From Ptychomitrium polyphyllum (taxonomy: Eukaryota): a DNA stretch of 64,000 bases. The position numbers and the translations under genes were made by a program. Each line of letters starts with the position of its first letter. Position 1 is the first letter of the stretch. Below the pieces are notes generated by a model. It saw only the letters and a program-made list of their open reading frames with translations, was not told the origin of the DNA and did no database searches. Shown here in pieces: positions 41,048-53,800 of this stretch. The stretch covers positions 13,144,001 through 13,208,000 of the forward strand of contig OZ316775.1 in NCBI GenBank assembly GCA_973851085.1. The letters run 5' to 3'.

Positions 41048-44000
41048 ATGGCGGAGAACCACGATAAATTGCCCCTAGGCCACAAGCTGGAGGGCCTCGA
41101 CGCCTTGAATAAGGAGACCGTCGATCTGGTCAGCAATACTCTCTCTCGTTATCACAAACTTTCACAGACCTCTCCCTGTTGGTTACCACTCCTATTTTCC
41201 TCTTGTCGGAGGAATTCATTCCCTGATCTTCCCATTCGTCGTTTTCTGGGAACCAACGGCGGGGCTGGACTTGCATTCCTGTTTCATTCTCTGTGTTGCG
41301 GGAGAGGTCTGGAGGTTTCTTGCATTGATGCTGTGCGTGATTGGGAATTACTTGGAGTGCGTGTGTAGCGATTCATGTAGTGCGTGATTTCTGTGGCGAC
41401 GCAGTTTTCTTCGCTGATCCGAAGTTTTCTTCTTAGAAACTTGAGATTGTTTGGACTTGAATCACACGAGCTGTGCTAGAAGCCGGCCGGGCTTGAAGAT
41501 CAGGAAGGAGAGTCGAGTTCTAATGTTGCTTTTGAAAGCCCGCTTCGGGAACGCAGACTCGGAATGCAGGAACGGTCCTTCCCTGCATGTTGCGTAGTCC
41601 AGACTTTCTTGCAGTGGATTCTCTTGAGAACTGAGGTGATTCTTTTTCGAGTCACGCTTCAACAGAATCACGAAAAGATACTCCACTATTTCCTGGATGA
41701 GATGCCTCTTGAAATTAAGTGTACACAGGAGTATTTCCAAAGGTAGCTTTCTAATGAAGGCTGCAACATTTGAAATTGAAAGCGCAGAGGGGCCTTCATT
41801 TGTGCATTTGTGCATTTGTGCTTTCGAATCTCGAAAGATATTGATGCTCAGAGCCTGGAGTTTCGTCGGAAGTTAGGCTTCTGTTTTTGGGGGTTTGTTC
41901 CATCTAATTTCTCTTATACCACGTTGTGTTGCTGTTTGATGGTAACAATTCGGCACTCCCTTGAGTTAGAATAAAGTAGATAGGAAGAAGATTCAAATCG
42001 TGAACCGGCGTTCTTACTTGTAACGAGGGTGAGGGAAGGCGGTTTGTTAGTATGTGACCGAGTGTTAGAGCGATACCTGCAGTGAATAGTATAGCGAATC
42101 TGGCTGCATATCTCGTGGGATCTCAACTCGCCGCTCTTAGACCAGGAACGAGGGAGTGTAATGTTCGTGTTAAGAACGTTCTTGATTCCTTTGAATATTC
42201 CGGTGGTGCATTTGTCCTCTGACTCGGCTATTATTCGAAGGTTAGGTACAGTTGTTTTCCTGCGTGTTAATGTTATTTTATAGTGCAAATTTGTGTAATT
42301 ACTAACACCCGAGTTTGGATATTCGGATGATAAGGAAAACATTCCCGTGGAGGAGGTATTCGAGCAGTTACGGTGTACCAAAGAAGGGTTGACAGATGAA
42401 GAGGCTACGGCTCGGCTCCAAATCTTCGGCCACAACAAACTGGAGGAGAAGTCGGTATGGTTCTGATCAGCCCTCGCTTCAATACATTCCCTCTATTTTA
42501 GCCAACATTGGTCTCCTAATTATTCTTCCAGCGTTGCGAATCTTTGGGGGAGTCTAGTTATCTGAGTTTACAATCTTGGCCAAGTACTGATGTGCTCCGT
42601 GAATGAGAGTAACTGCAGGAGAGCAAAATCCTCAAGTTTTTGGGGTTTATGTGGAACCCACTCTCTTGGGTGATGGAGGCTGCTGCTATCATGGCCATTG
42701 CGCTTGCAAATGGAGGGGTAAGCTCGTACTCTTGGTTAATTTTTGTCTCAATCCTCACGACCTCTTAATATCTTAATTTGTAGCTTCCAGTGTGCAAATA
42801 GTGCACATTGGTCGGGGCCCGTCAGACCAAGTTGTACATTAAGTTAGGAAGGGATCTTATAACTGTATTTTGGGGTGTGATTTGCAGGGGAAGCCCCCTG
42901 ATTGGCAAGATTTCATCGGTATTATTGTGCTCCTGGTCATCAATTCTACTATCAGTTTCATTGAGGAGAATAATGCTGGTAACGCAGCTGCTGCTCTCAT
43001 GGCACGACTTGCTCCCAAAACCAAGGTTCGTCCTTGTAGCTCTTCTATCCTGAGTTTTTGAAGTACATGGGGTTATTGATCCGAATGGCGTCTGTAATCT
43101 TGTTCATTGGGATATAGCTGAGCATTGAGCGTTTTGAATGATCCTCTCTAGGTTTTGCGAGATGGCCAATGGTCTGAGCGTGACGCAGTTATATTGGTCC
43201 CTGGAGACATCGTCAGTATCAAGCTTGGTGACATCATTCCTGCTGATGCACGTTTGCTCGAAGGAGATCCTTTAAAGATTGACCAGGTGTGTGTAAATCG
43301 TGAATTTCTGGGCTGATTGAGGATTGGCCTCTTGAATTAGTTTCGTGCACCGTTTCTCTACGAGCTGTCCGCCTTATTGAGCACTAGTCTTTTTCTGGGA
43401 GGGGCTCAGGCTGCTCACCTTCTGTTCAAGAGAATCACGTTGGCAGCAGAATCTTGACATTTTTTCTTTACTTGCTAACTTTTGCAGTCGGCTTTGACCG
43501 GAGAGTCGATGCCTGCCACCAAGAAACCCGGGGACGAAGTATACTCTGGATCGACTTGTAAACAGGGAGAAATCGAAGCCGTTGTTATTGCCACGGGTGT
43601 GCATACCTTTTTTGGCAAAGCTGCTCACTTGGTCGATTCCACAAACAATGTCGGTCATTTCCAGAAGGTAAAGAAACGCACAAATTTTTGTACCCTCCGC
43701 GCATGGATGCGCTTTAATATTTCGGCTTTTTCGGCAATGGGTTGATTCTGCTCAATGGAAGCTAGGTGTTCAAAGTACCGTGGTTTATATCATTGTTACT
43801 GATAACTTGTTTTTGACGTGTCCTTTTGTATTGTGTAGGTGTTGACATCCATTGGTAACTTCTGCATTTGTTCAATTGCCATTGGAATTATCATCGAAAT
43901 TATTGTGATGTATCCCATCCAGCACCGTAAGTATAGAGATGGAATCAACAATCTGTTGGTATTGCTTATTGGAGGAATTCCCATTGCTATGCCAACTGTG

Positions 44001-47000
44001 CTCTCGGTGACCATGGCGATTGGTTCCCACAGGCTTTCACAACAGGTATCAAATTAGGTATTTTGAGGACTCTCATCCAGAGAGCTACCAGAGATCTTTG
44101 AGGATTTCATTCAGAGGCTTTTACTCTTATGATTCTGTTGCTATGAAGCTTTATTTTGATAATATAGCTCTAGAACAGACAATGCCATGCTAAGTAGTGA
44201 TCATTTATATTCAGGGGGCCATCACCAAGCGTATGACTGCTATTGAGGAGATGGCAGGCATGGACGTTCTCTGCAGTGATAAGACCGGGACACTCACCCT
44301 GAATAAGTTGACTGTTGATAAGAACTTAGTGGAGGTACATTGCTTGTCCTTTCCCAGCTTCGCTTTAGTTGTGGAAAAGATTCATGACTACAGCTTTCAC
44401 TTCAACACAGTTCATGCTGCTGCGCATCATGAAAGAAGCACTTATCGATAACCTGTGAGCTTATTCTGGTTGAATATCGTGCAGGTGTTCACGAAGGGTG
44501 TTGACAAAGAAACGGTGTGCTTGATGGCTGCTCGGGCGTCTAGATTGGAGAACCAAGATGCTATTGATGCGGCCATTGTTGGAATTCTAGCTGATCCAAA
44601 AGAGGTTTATATTATATTTACTATGTGCATTGATGACTTCGTGGTGTAGTGCACTTGAAGTAATTATTTCTTGTATTAAGTATGTCCCTCTCAAGAAAAA
44701 AATAATACGTAACGTGTTCTTGTTGTTGCTACAGGCACGTGCGAACATTCAAGAGATTCACTTTCTTCCCTTCAACCCTGTTGACAAGCGAACGGCTATC
44801 ACATACGTAGACAATGCTGATAACAAGTGGTACCGCTCCAGCAAGGGAGCTCCTGAGCAAATACTAGATCTGGCATATAATAAGGAAGAGATTGCCGCAC
44901 GAGTACACTCTATTATTGACAAATTTGCGGAACGTGGTTTGCGATCATTGGCTGTAGCGAGGCAGGCAAGTGTTTTTACTGATGGTTAAATTTCTGCATA
45001 TTTGGACACGTCTTCGAACCTAGGAGATAGTTGTGGGAACGGAGAAGTAGGCCAAGGGATTGAGGGACTTTGAAGTAGGTTTCTGGTATTATTTTTGTAT
45101 ACTCTTTCCGTCCTCGGTTGCTGCAGTAACTGCTTTTATTCGAGGTTACTGGTTGGATGTTGGTCTTTGTGGGCAGTGAGTAGTCAGGACACTGGATAGT
45201 CCTCAAGTCCTTTGTAGATTTCATTCACGGTTAACGGCTCGATGGGTCTGATTGTTGTTACAGAATCATGTGGGAAGATTTTGGAACTAAGAGGTTTATT
45301 GTTATACAGGAGGTTCCTGAAAAAAGCAAAGAAAGTGCTGGTTCACCTTGGCAATTCCTTGGTTTGATGCCTCTTTTTGACCCTCCCCGACATGATAGTG
45401 CTGAGACAATTCGAAGGGCTTTGAACCTGGGGGTTTGTGTGAAAATGATAACGGGTAAGTTCGAATCTTACGAGCCTGAGTGCAGATTTTGAAAGTTGAT
45501 CTACTCCAAGGAAGCCATCATATTAATTATCTCAGGTTTGATTTTATTACTCTACTTTAAGAAGCATTCTTGAAAAACGAGGAAGGTCTTTGTTGTGAAA
45601 TTGCTTTCGCTTTGGTCTTGGTCGGTAGTCAATCTGATTCCATTTTGATCCCATTTTCGTTTATGATCCCATTTTGTAGGTGATCAGCTTGCCATTGGAA
45701 AGGAAACAGGTCGACGCTTGGGCATGGGAACCAACATGTACCCGTCATCATCTTTACTTGGGGCACATAAAGATGAAAGTATTGCAGCTCTGCCAGTCGA
45801 CGAGCTTATTGAGAAGGCTGATGGTTTCGCAGGCGTTTTCCCAGGTAAGGCTTCTGTGTATTCTACGACCAGACTTTTAGCTTGTGGGTGGACCTGTTTA
45901 CATGATTGTTGACTGCCCTTTTTGTTTAGTTTTGATAAGAATGTTGATGGAAATCTTGTCATGTACAGAGCACAAGTACGAAATTGTCAGAAGGTTGCAG
46001 GATAAGAAGCACATTGTTGGTATGACTGGAGATGGTGTGAACGACGCTCCCGCTCTGAAGAAGGCAGACATAGGTATTGCTGTAGCAGATGCCACGGACG
46101 CTGCTCGGAGTGCCTCTGATATTGTGCTGACAGAGCCTGGGCTGAGTGTGATTATTAGTGCTGTCTTGACCAGTCGAGCTATTTTCCAGCGTATGAAGAA
46201 CTACACGATATACGCTGTTTCCATCACCATCCGTATAGTGGTAAGTGATCAGTTAAATTGATTAGTGAATAGTACTACGTTTCCTCGCTACTTTTGTTCT
46301 GTAAAGGATTGGATAGCTTCTGTTATTGCTATTATTTCGCTTACACACTTTGTTGAAATTGCCATGTAGGTGGGATTTTTGCTGCTGGCCTTGATCTGGA
46401 AGTTTGACTTTTCTCCATTCATGGTTCTTGTCATTGCCATTCTCAACGATGGTACGTATATTGATATCCACTTTTGGGGAGAAAATAAGTAAGAGAGTCC
46501 GTTTCATGGTTCAGCCAGCAAGCCCTTTTATTGTTTTCTTCCTCTTACTTCACATCGAATGTTTTCTTTCTTCTTAATGTTCAAATTTTTTTGTGTGAGC
46601 CAGGTACCATTATGACCATCTCGAAAGATCGTGTGAAGCCATCTCCTTTGCCTGATAGTTGGAAATTGAGGGAAATCTTCTCCATTGGTGTTGTGCTTGG
46701 GACTTACATGGCGTTGATGACAGTGCTGTTCTTCTGGCTCATGCATGAGACTTCTTTTTTCCCTGTAAACAACTCTACTTTTTTACTCGTCAATGAGATT
46801 ATTCACACTCTTTTTGTTTGCACCGTGCATGTAGAGGGACCCCAGGTTGCTTGGAAATATAGACTTTCATTGAAACACACTTATGACCATTTTTTGGAGC
46901 ATTTCTCACCATCGGTGATAACTATATCCAGGACCGATTCGGAGTGAGAAACATTGGCCAGAACGATAGCGAAATGACAGCAGCTGTGTATCTGCAAGTC

Positions 47001-47821
47001 AGTATTATCAGTCAGGCTCTGATTTTTGTCACTCGTTCAAGAAGCTGGTCCTTTATGGAGAGACCAGGAGCGCTGCTCATGTTTGCTTTTGTGGCTGCTC
47101 AACTGGTAAGATCGTGTTCACCAAGATTGATTTGTATGAATTCAAAGTAATGGTCTTCAAATTTCAGACCTTGTTATCAAGACAGAATACTATTTCTAAT
47201 TGATGGGACACAATGGTTTCCCACAGATTGCTACCTTCATTTCCGTGTATGCCAACTGGGGATTCGCCAACATCAGCGGCATTGGCTGGGGCTGGGCCGG
47301 AGTCATCTGGCTCTTCAGTATCGTCACTTACCTTCCGTTGGACATCATCAAGTTCTTTGTGCGATACATTCAAAGCGGAAAGGCATGGGATAACCTCATT
47401 GAGCGCAAGGTATGAAGAGCACGTTAGTCTCCTTTCTTCCTTAAATCATTTTTCTTTTAATGATTTAGAACTATTAGACATGCCATATTATCTTGTAACA
47501 GCAGCTAGTGAATGTTTTTTGGTGGACATGAAACAGACTGCCTTCACGAGGCAGAAGGATTTCGGAAAGGAAGCACGTGAAGCGCAATGGGCCCATGCAC
47601 AGAGAACACTACACGGATTGCATCCACCTGAATCGAAGGAAGACGCGGGACTTGCAAGCGGCAGCAATAATAGGGAGCTGGGAGACATGGCTGATCAGGC
47701 GAAGAGGAGGGCTGAGATTGCGAGGTTGAGGGAATTGCATACTCTCAAAGGCCATGTGGAATCGGTTGTTCGTCTGAAAAATCTAGATATTAACATGATT
47801 CAGCAGTCATATACGGTGTAG
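41048..47821 (+). CDS. AHA: Plasma-membrane P3A H+-ATPase (AHA/HA), copy 1, 18 exons, 965 aa, penultimate-Thr type
   Basis: Exons 41048-41128, 42335-42454, 42619-42717, 42888-43025, 43152-43286, 43488-43667, 43839-44045, 44215-44334, 44485-44604, 44735-44965, 45310-45454, 45680-45844, 45969-46240, 46370-46451, 46604-46764, 46932-47105, 47227-47409, 47537-47821 sum to 2898 nt. Motifs [45 protein letters not shown]-terminus QQSYTV. Confidence 0.97.
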
Positions 47822-50138
47822 AAGGCTTCTAAAATCTAGGAAACTGGAGAGGGAAGCTATAGTTGCAGCACTTGTTTTAGGATGCCGTTGACAGTTCCAC
47901 CAGCACTGAGAATGCTACGGAACACGAGTTGACTGGTATGGTGCAATCAGCACCATGCCATGTAGAATAGATCGATGCAGCCTTACATTGCTGTCTTTAC
48001 TGATGCGGCGAGAACATTCAGCGAACACTAAACAAGCAAAAGAAAAGTATTCCGTCAGAACTACTTGTAGTGTGGACGCTGATGAGCTGGTTTTGAAATA
48101 AATGTGAGAAAAATAGCCCGACAGCTTGTTTTGATAGGAGATGTGTGTAACTTAATGACATAAAAAATTGAGGTCCCTCAGAATTGGTCACAGATAAAAA
48201 TCTCGGAGGTACCTTTGGCGAACAGCATTTTGTAATAAGTACTTTGAGGATTCTTATTCCAATCAGCACGCAATGTTGGTAAGAGTTATGGGTATATGCA
48301 CCAGGTATCTTGATTTCCTTATTTACCGCTGTTGACTTGTGGTTCCTCACATCGTCACCCAGTCTAGTGCATTTGGTTACCGTTAATTGCTGAACCAAGT
48401 ACTGTTGATTGCCTTGTACCAGTGAATCAAATGAAGGGACAGGGGTTTGTTGATGCTATGTAACTTCTTGTGGCAAAATGTAGAATAGCAGTTACAGTTC
48501 CACTGTCACTGTAACTTATAAGCCATGTTGTTCATAGGAAATGGTCTTTTCCTCACTCTAAAGAACTACGTGTCGACTACACCTCTTTTCTGGATTACAC
48601 GATGTTCAAATCAGTTTGTTGCCAAAGGTGCGGTTTGTGCTTGCAAGTAGTACGGACTTGGAAGGAACTAAGTGCAGAACGAGAGAAAGAAAACGTCTGG
48701 ACACTGAAGTAAGTCTCCTACCCAATAGATTTCGTGTGGTCAAGAAAGGTGAAGTAACTCGGTGGGGGAATTGTACAGTATACATACAATATGACTGTTG
48801 TAAGCAGACGAAGAACGCCGCTTTTGTGTATACACTGTTGTGGCTGGTATGGGGTCCTCTAATCAGTCACTGTGCCTGCCAACTCCCACAAAGCACAACT
48901 TCCTTGTTCTCTAGCAATGAGCTCCACTCTGGACAGATTTGGGGTTTGTGGGGTCATGCAGAAACTGCACCCACAGGGCCAGTGCATTCTTATCTTTTAG
49001 CTCACGAAATTTCGATGTTTGGATGAATAGGTGCCTGGATCTCATTCTCACATGGCAACTTACAAATACCGATGGTTCAGGTAGAATGTTTCTATTTTCG
49101 GTAAAGACATGAGACCCACGCCACTAGCAGTGTGCAGCCAGTATCAAAGTCCTAATTTTATGTTTCTCTACACATATCACATCAATTTTACACTCAAATT
49201 GGTGGACCATGCCCCTTGGCAATACGGTTGAGAGGTTTCGTGCAACCCACTGGTTTGAACTTTTAAAACACTCTCTCCGTCAGTGTACTGCAAATGTTAG
49301 AAGCATCTGCCAGGCAAAAGTTGAAAATGTGTCGGATATTTTGAAGGCTTTGGAAAAATGAGAAAGAAGTCAGTCATTAGGACTTGGAAGGGGCCATCCA
49401 GTCATGGTCACAGTCTTAGTCTTGGTCATGGTCATGAGCTATGGTTCATAATTTAAGTGTGCTGCTGCACGGATTTTCCTCTCAGTCCTCTGCCACTTCC
49501 AAGTTAGTCCTTGAAAGTGCAGGAAAGTACAATTTCGATGGGTTGGTGGAAGACTGGCCCATGAGTCAATCCTCAATCACAGAAAGATCAGTCTGCAATC
49601 AAGGGGGACTTATCCCTGCCAAAATGAATCACTCAACATTGCCAAATAGGTGGGTTCATGTCAAGTAATAGTTTACTATTTTTCTACACCCTTCAATTCA
49701 CATTTAAAAAGAAGTGGAAAATACAAGTGATTTTGAAAAGAAGCACACGAGTTTTTGTTGAGGTCAGGATTACTGACTCAGGCATTTACAAGTAACAGTT
49801 GTACTGGCCGTGAGAGGCAGTTTCAGTTGGAGCCTAAACTAGAAATTCAACTTCTGAATAGGATTAGTAGAAATTTCCGTCTACAAATTAGTAGTGACCA
49901 AGGGTGAAAACAGGGTGCTAAGTGGAGCAAGCCAAAGGTTGCCCACCCAAAGAAAGAGGAAGCCTCCCGCAAGCGGAGGGCCCTGCCATGAAACGAGGGG
50001 GCCCTCCCAACGGACCCCAGAAACCGAATCCCGGAGATTGAAATTCAAGGAAATTGAACGGAAACAGAGCTTTCGGCAGTGGTGGGCCCACAGGCTCGCA
50101 GAAACCAGCGGTAGATCTCAACATTCATACATACATAC

Positions 50139-50161
50139 CTTCCTTCCTTCCTTCCTTCCTT
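50139..50161. repeat. (CTTC)n microsatellite upstream of H+-ATPase copy 2
   Basis: Read directly; preceded by a short (CATA)n run. Confidence 0.85.
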
Positions 50162-50499
50162 CATTCATACAGGGCGAATCCAGGCAGAATCCGGGATCAG
50201 TATGGGCCCAGGCCCCCAGGATAATTATTAATGGAGCTTTCTCCCGCGGGTTGTTTCCTGGTATTATTTGTGTAATTTAATATCATGAGGAGTAGGTCGG
50301 GGAACTATGGACTGGGAACGAAGAATCACTGGGGGGGGGGCCAATAAAAAAGACATAAAGGACACTAAAGAGTACAAACGACTCGCGTGCCGGAGCGAAG
50401 GCGCAGTGTAGTCAAGTGTGCAGCCCCGCCTGCCGAGGGGCGCGGCGCGGCTCGGGCGTGGGCGGGCAGGGCGAGGGCAGGGTCCCGGCGAGGGTTGCC

Positions 50500-50528
50500 G
50501 GGGTGGGGGTGGGGGTGGGGGTGGGGGT
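50500..50528 (+). repeat. (GGGGGT)n tract, potential G-quadruplex, just upstream of TATAAG (50549-50554)
   Basis: Five G4-G5 runs separated by single T. Confidence 0.8.
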
Positions 50529-50695
50529 GACGGTGTGCGCATGCGCAGTATAAGAGGGGTGAGAGCGGGCCTGCGGGGGGGGTGTGCTGTGTGCTCGGGC
50601 TCTGGCGCCGTCTCGCTCATTTGTTGTGGCGGGTGCGGGTACGCGAGGCGCCCTGAGTGCGAGGCCCCCCCCCACCCCCCTCTCGCCCCCGCGGG

Positions 50696-50749
50696 ATGTT
50701 GTAACTCCGCAGCTCGGAGGCTCCTCATTCCCTCGCTTCCATGTGTTGA
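50696..50749 (+). promoter_or_regulatory. Two putative mini-uORFs in the leader of H+-ATPase copy 2 (ML* 50696-50704; MC* 50741-50749)
   Basis: ATGTTGTAA and ATGTGTTGA between the TATA box (50549) and the main ATG (50827). The TSS is inferred. Confidence 0.6.
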
Positions 50750-50826
50750 GTTAGTCAGGGCTACTGCGTGCTTGCGGCTCTCTTGGATTCGCTCCCCCCC
50801 ACCCTGGCGTTGCTATTGCTTCGAGG

Positions 50827-53800
50827 ATGACGACCAACGACGGTGGTAGGGGCGACCATGCCAAGGCTGGCGCCGACATAGACACGCTGCAGGCGCTCAA
50901 CAACGAGACTGTCGACCTGGTGAGTTTCGTTTCGTTTCGTTTCGTTTCGTTTCTTTGCTTTTCTTCTCTGTGGCACAATTGCGAGTGAGCTAGTCCTGCT
51001 GGTTTTTTGTATGTGGCGTTTTGAGAGAGCTTGTGACTCGGCAGTGATGGTGTGCGGTGTTGTGACGTTTCTTTTTGAAGGCAGTTGTGTTGATACGAAC
51101 CTGCATTGTGATTCGTTTGGGAATGCTGAACATGAGTGGTGAAAGAGAGCAGGAGTTCGTTGAGGGGGCTTTTCTTAACGCTATTGTTTCTTCGTCTTCC
51201 AATCGCTATGTGTTCGTTGAAACCCAGGGGATTGTTTAGCATAGTTTAATTCTGCTTTGGCGAGCGTCCTCAGAATGGACAGTCGGCAGTAGCATTTGAT
51301 GGTGAGAAATTATGCACGTCAACGGAAGCCTTTAAACTATTCATCTCCGGGATGCGCTCTCTGAACGAGCATAGGTCCTTTACATCGCTATAGATCGGTT
51401 CTTTGAGGAGTATAGAGGCTTTGTTGTTTGCTTGAGAGTCTTGAATTTCGTGATTACATTCATGACGTACACAGAGAATGTCGCTGTTGTGTTAACCATT
51501 TTGTCGTATCGTCATTAGCTAATCGCCAGACCTCCCAATTGAAGGATTGGAGACGTGGATGTGGGAACTAATCTTGTGAAGTAGAATGGTGATACTTGCG
51601 CTATTCCAGTTGCCGACATTTCTGCGATTCACCTAACCTGCCCGATTTTTAGCTGTGTAACTCTGAAGTTAGTAGGTAATAGGTATCTATTAGTGGTGGT
51701 ATTTATTTCTGACTGAACAAAGCATTTCTCAGCAAATCGCTCACATGCCTAAAATTTTATACAATATTATCCTTTGTTCCTTAGTTTACGATGCTGTTGT
51801 GGAAGCTAAAGTTTCTTTTACTGAACGTCCTTTATGGAACTTGAGTCAAATTTTGTGATTGTAACTGTGTTCATGATATGTTTGAGTTGAGCGTGGTGTC
51901 TCTGCCGCTACAGACAGGACAATGTGCTGTAATCGCAATATTTTTGTCTTTAAAAAAATCGGTCATAAACTCGTAATGGATTTAGAATTGTTGGCTTGGA
52001 AGATGGGAAGTAGATTGTTCGACCTGTAGGAAATCATGGTATAGTACACATTACGTGAACGAAATTGGGGTTAATGAAATACAGGAACATATCCCGGTGG
52101 ACGAGGTGTTTGAGCAATTGAGGTGTTCAAGACAAGGTTTGACTGATGCCGAGGGAGATGTGCGTATCAAGATTTGTGGTCCAAACAAGCTCGAAGAGAA
52201 ATCGGTGCGTTTTAACAGTAACTCCCGTTGACATAGTTCGCATGTTTTGTATGCGTAGGATGGTCTATGATTTGATTATAGGGTTTTCATGGTGTCGGTT
52301 AGTTTGAAATTCATTCTTGGGATAACTTGTCGAAAGTCATTCGAATAAATCCTGTATTTTCTCCTGCAGCAAAGCAAAATACTTAAGTTTTTGGGTTTCA
52401 TGTGGAACCCATTGTCATGGGTTATGGAGGCTGCTGCAATCATGGCCATTGCTCTTGCAAACGGAGGGGTAAGAACATACATCTTTATTGGCATGATGTG
52501 TTAACTCCTAAACGGACTTTCCTAGATTTAAATACTTTAGAAAAAGAAATACTTCATGAACCTTAAAAACTTAAATATTTTGGGGTTCATCTGAAAGTTT
52601 AATACTCTTAGATCAAAATACTTCACAAAATCTTTCTCCATTATAAGCAATTCATGGTCAAAGTTGGTTGAAAAATGGAAAATTTAAACTCCACGAGCAG
52701 AAAATTCGTCAAAGGTCTACCAATTTATACTACTCTGTCGCTTTTGGTGGGCAAACAGGTTCATCTTATACTTATATTAGCGTCGAGATTCTTACATGCG
52801 GGACTCTCTGCAGGGGAAGCCTCCTGATTGGCAAGATTTCGTGGGAATCATTGTATTGCTGATTATCAATTCGACCATCAGTTTCGTTGAGGAGAATAAC
52901 GCTGGCCAAGCAGCTGCTTCTCTCATGGCACGGCTTGCTCCTAAAACTAAGGTGAGGCTCTAGTGAACTTTGAGTCCTTTTTCTAGAGACTTTTGAGCGT
53001 GGTTTACAATTGTTCTGCGAGCACAATATTATCAAGGGAGATTGATAAACTATGTACCATCTATCAATTGTCTTTTGCAAGTTAGGCTGATCTTTCTCAT
53101 CTAGAAATTCCTGGATCTGCGCTATGCAGGTTTTGCGAGATGGCGTCTGGGCTGAACGTGATGCTGAAATTCTGGTTCCTGGAGATATTATTAGCATCAA
53201 GCTCGGTGATATTGTTCCTGCCGATGCTCGTCTCCTTGAAGGTGATCCGTTAAAGATTGATCAGGTATTGGTCGCTTGAATTCTATGGGTATATCGGCAT
53301 AGTTAATTTTTGAAGTTTGGTGAACAGTTATGGTCTGTAACTTTATCGTGTATCTTCTGTTTTCGCCGCTTCATCTTCAAATAGCACGAAAGCAGGCGAT
53401 TGGAGGCAGACAAGTTGAATATCAGTGGGTAGACTTGGACAGTACTAATTGTTTTGCTTATCTCGTCTGCAGTCAGCTTTGACCGGAGAGTCGCTTCCCG
53501 CCACCAAGAAGCCTGGAGATGAAGTGTTTTCAGGATCCACTTGCAAACAAGGAGAGATTGAGGCGGTGGTGATTGCCACAGGTGTGCATACCTTCTTTGG
53601 CAAAGCTGCGCATTTGGTGGACTCTACCAACAATGTGGGCCATTTTCAGAAGGTGTTGACCGCAATCGGAAATTTCTGCATCATCTCTATTGCGATTGGA
53701 ATAGTCATTGAGATAATCGTGATGTGGCCCATCCAGAAACGTGCCTATCGGGATGGTATTGATAACCTTTTGGTGTTGCTTATTGGAGGCATTCCTATCG

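Noticed and set aside
40469..41136. Several 80-190 aa overlapping ORFs upstream of ATPase copy 1 (and at 50264-51242 for copy 2)
   Set aside because: GC-rich promoter/leader sequence poor in stop codons; low-complexity products with no domain.
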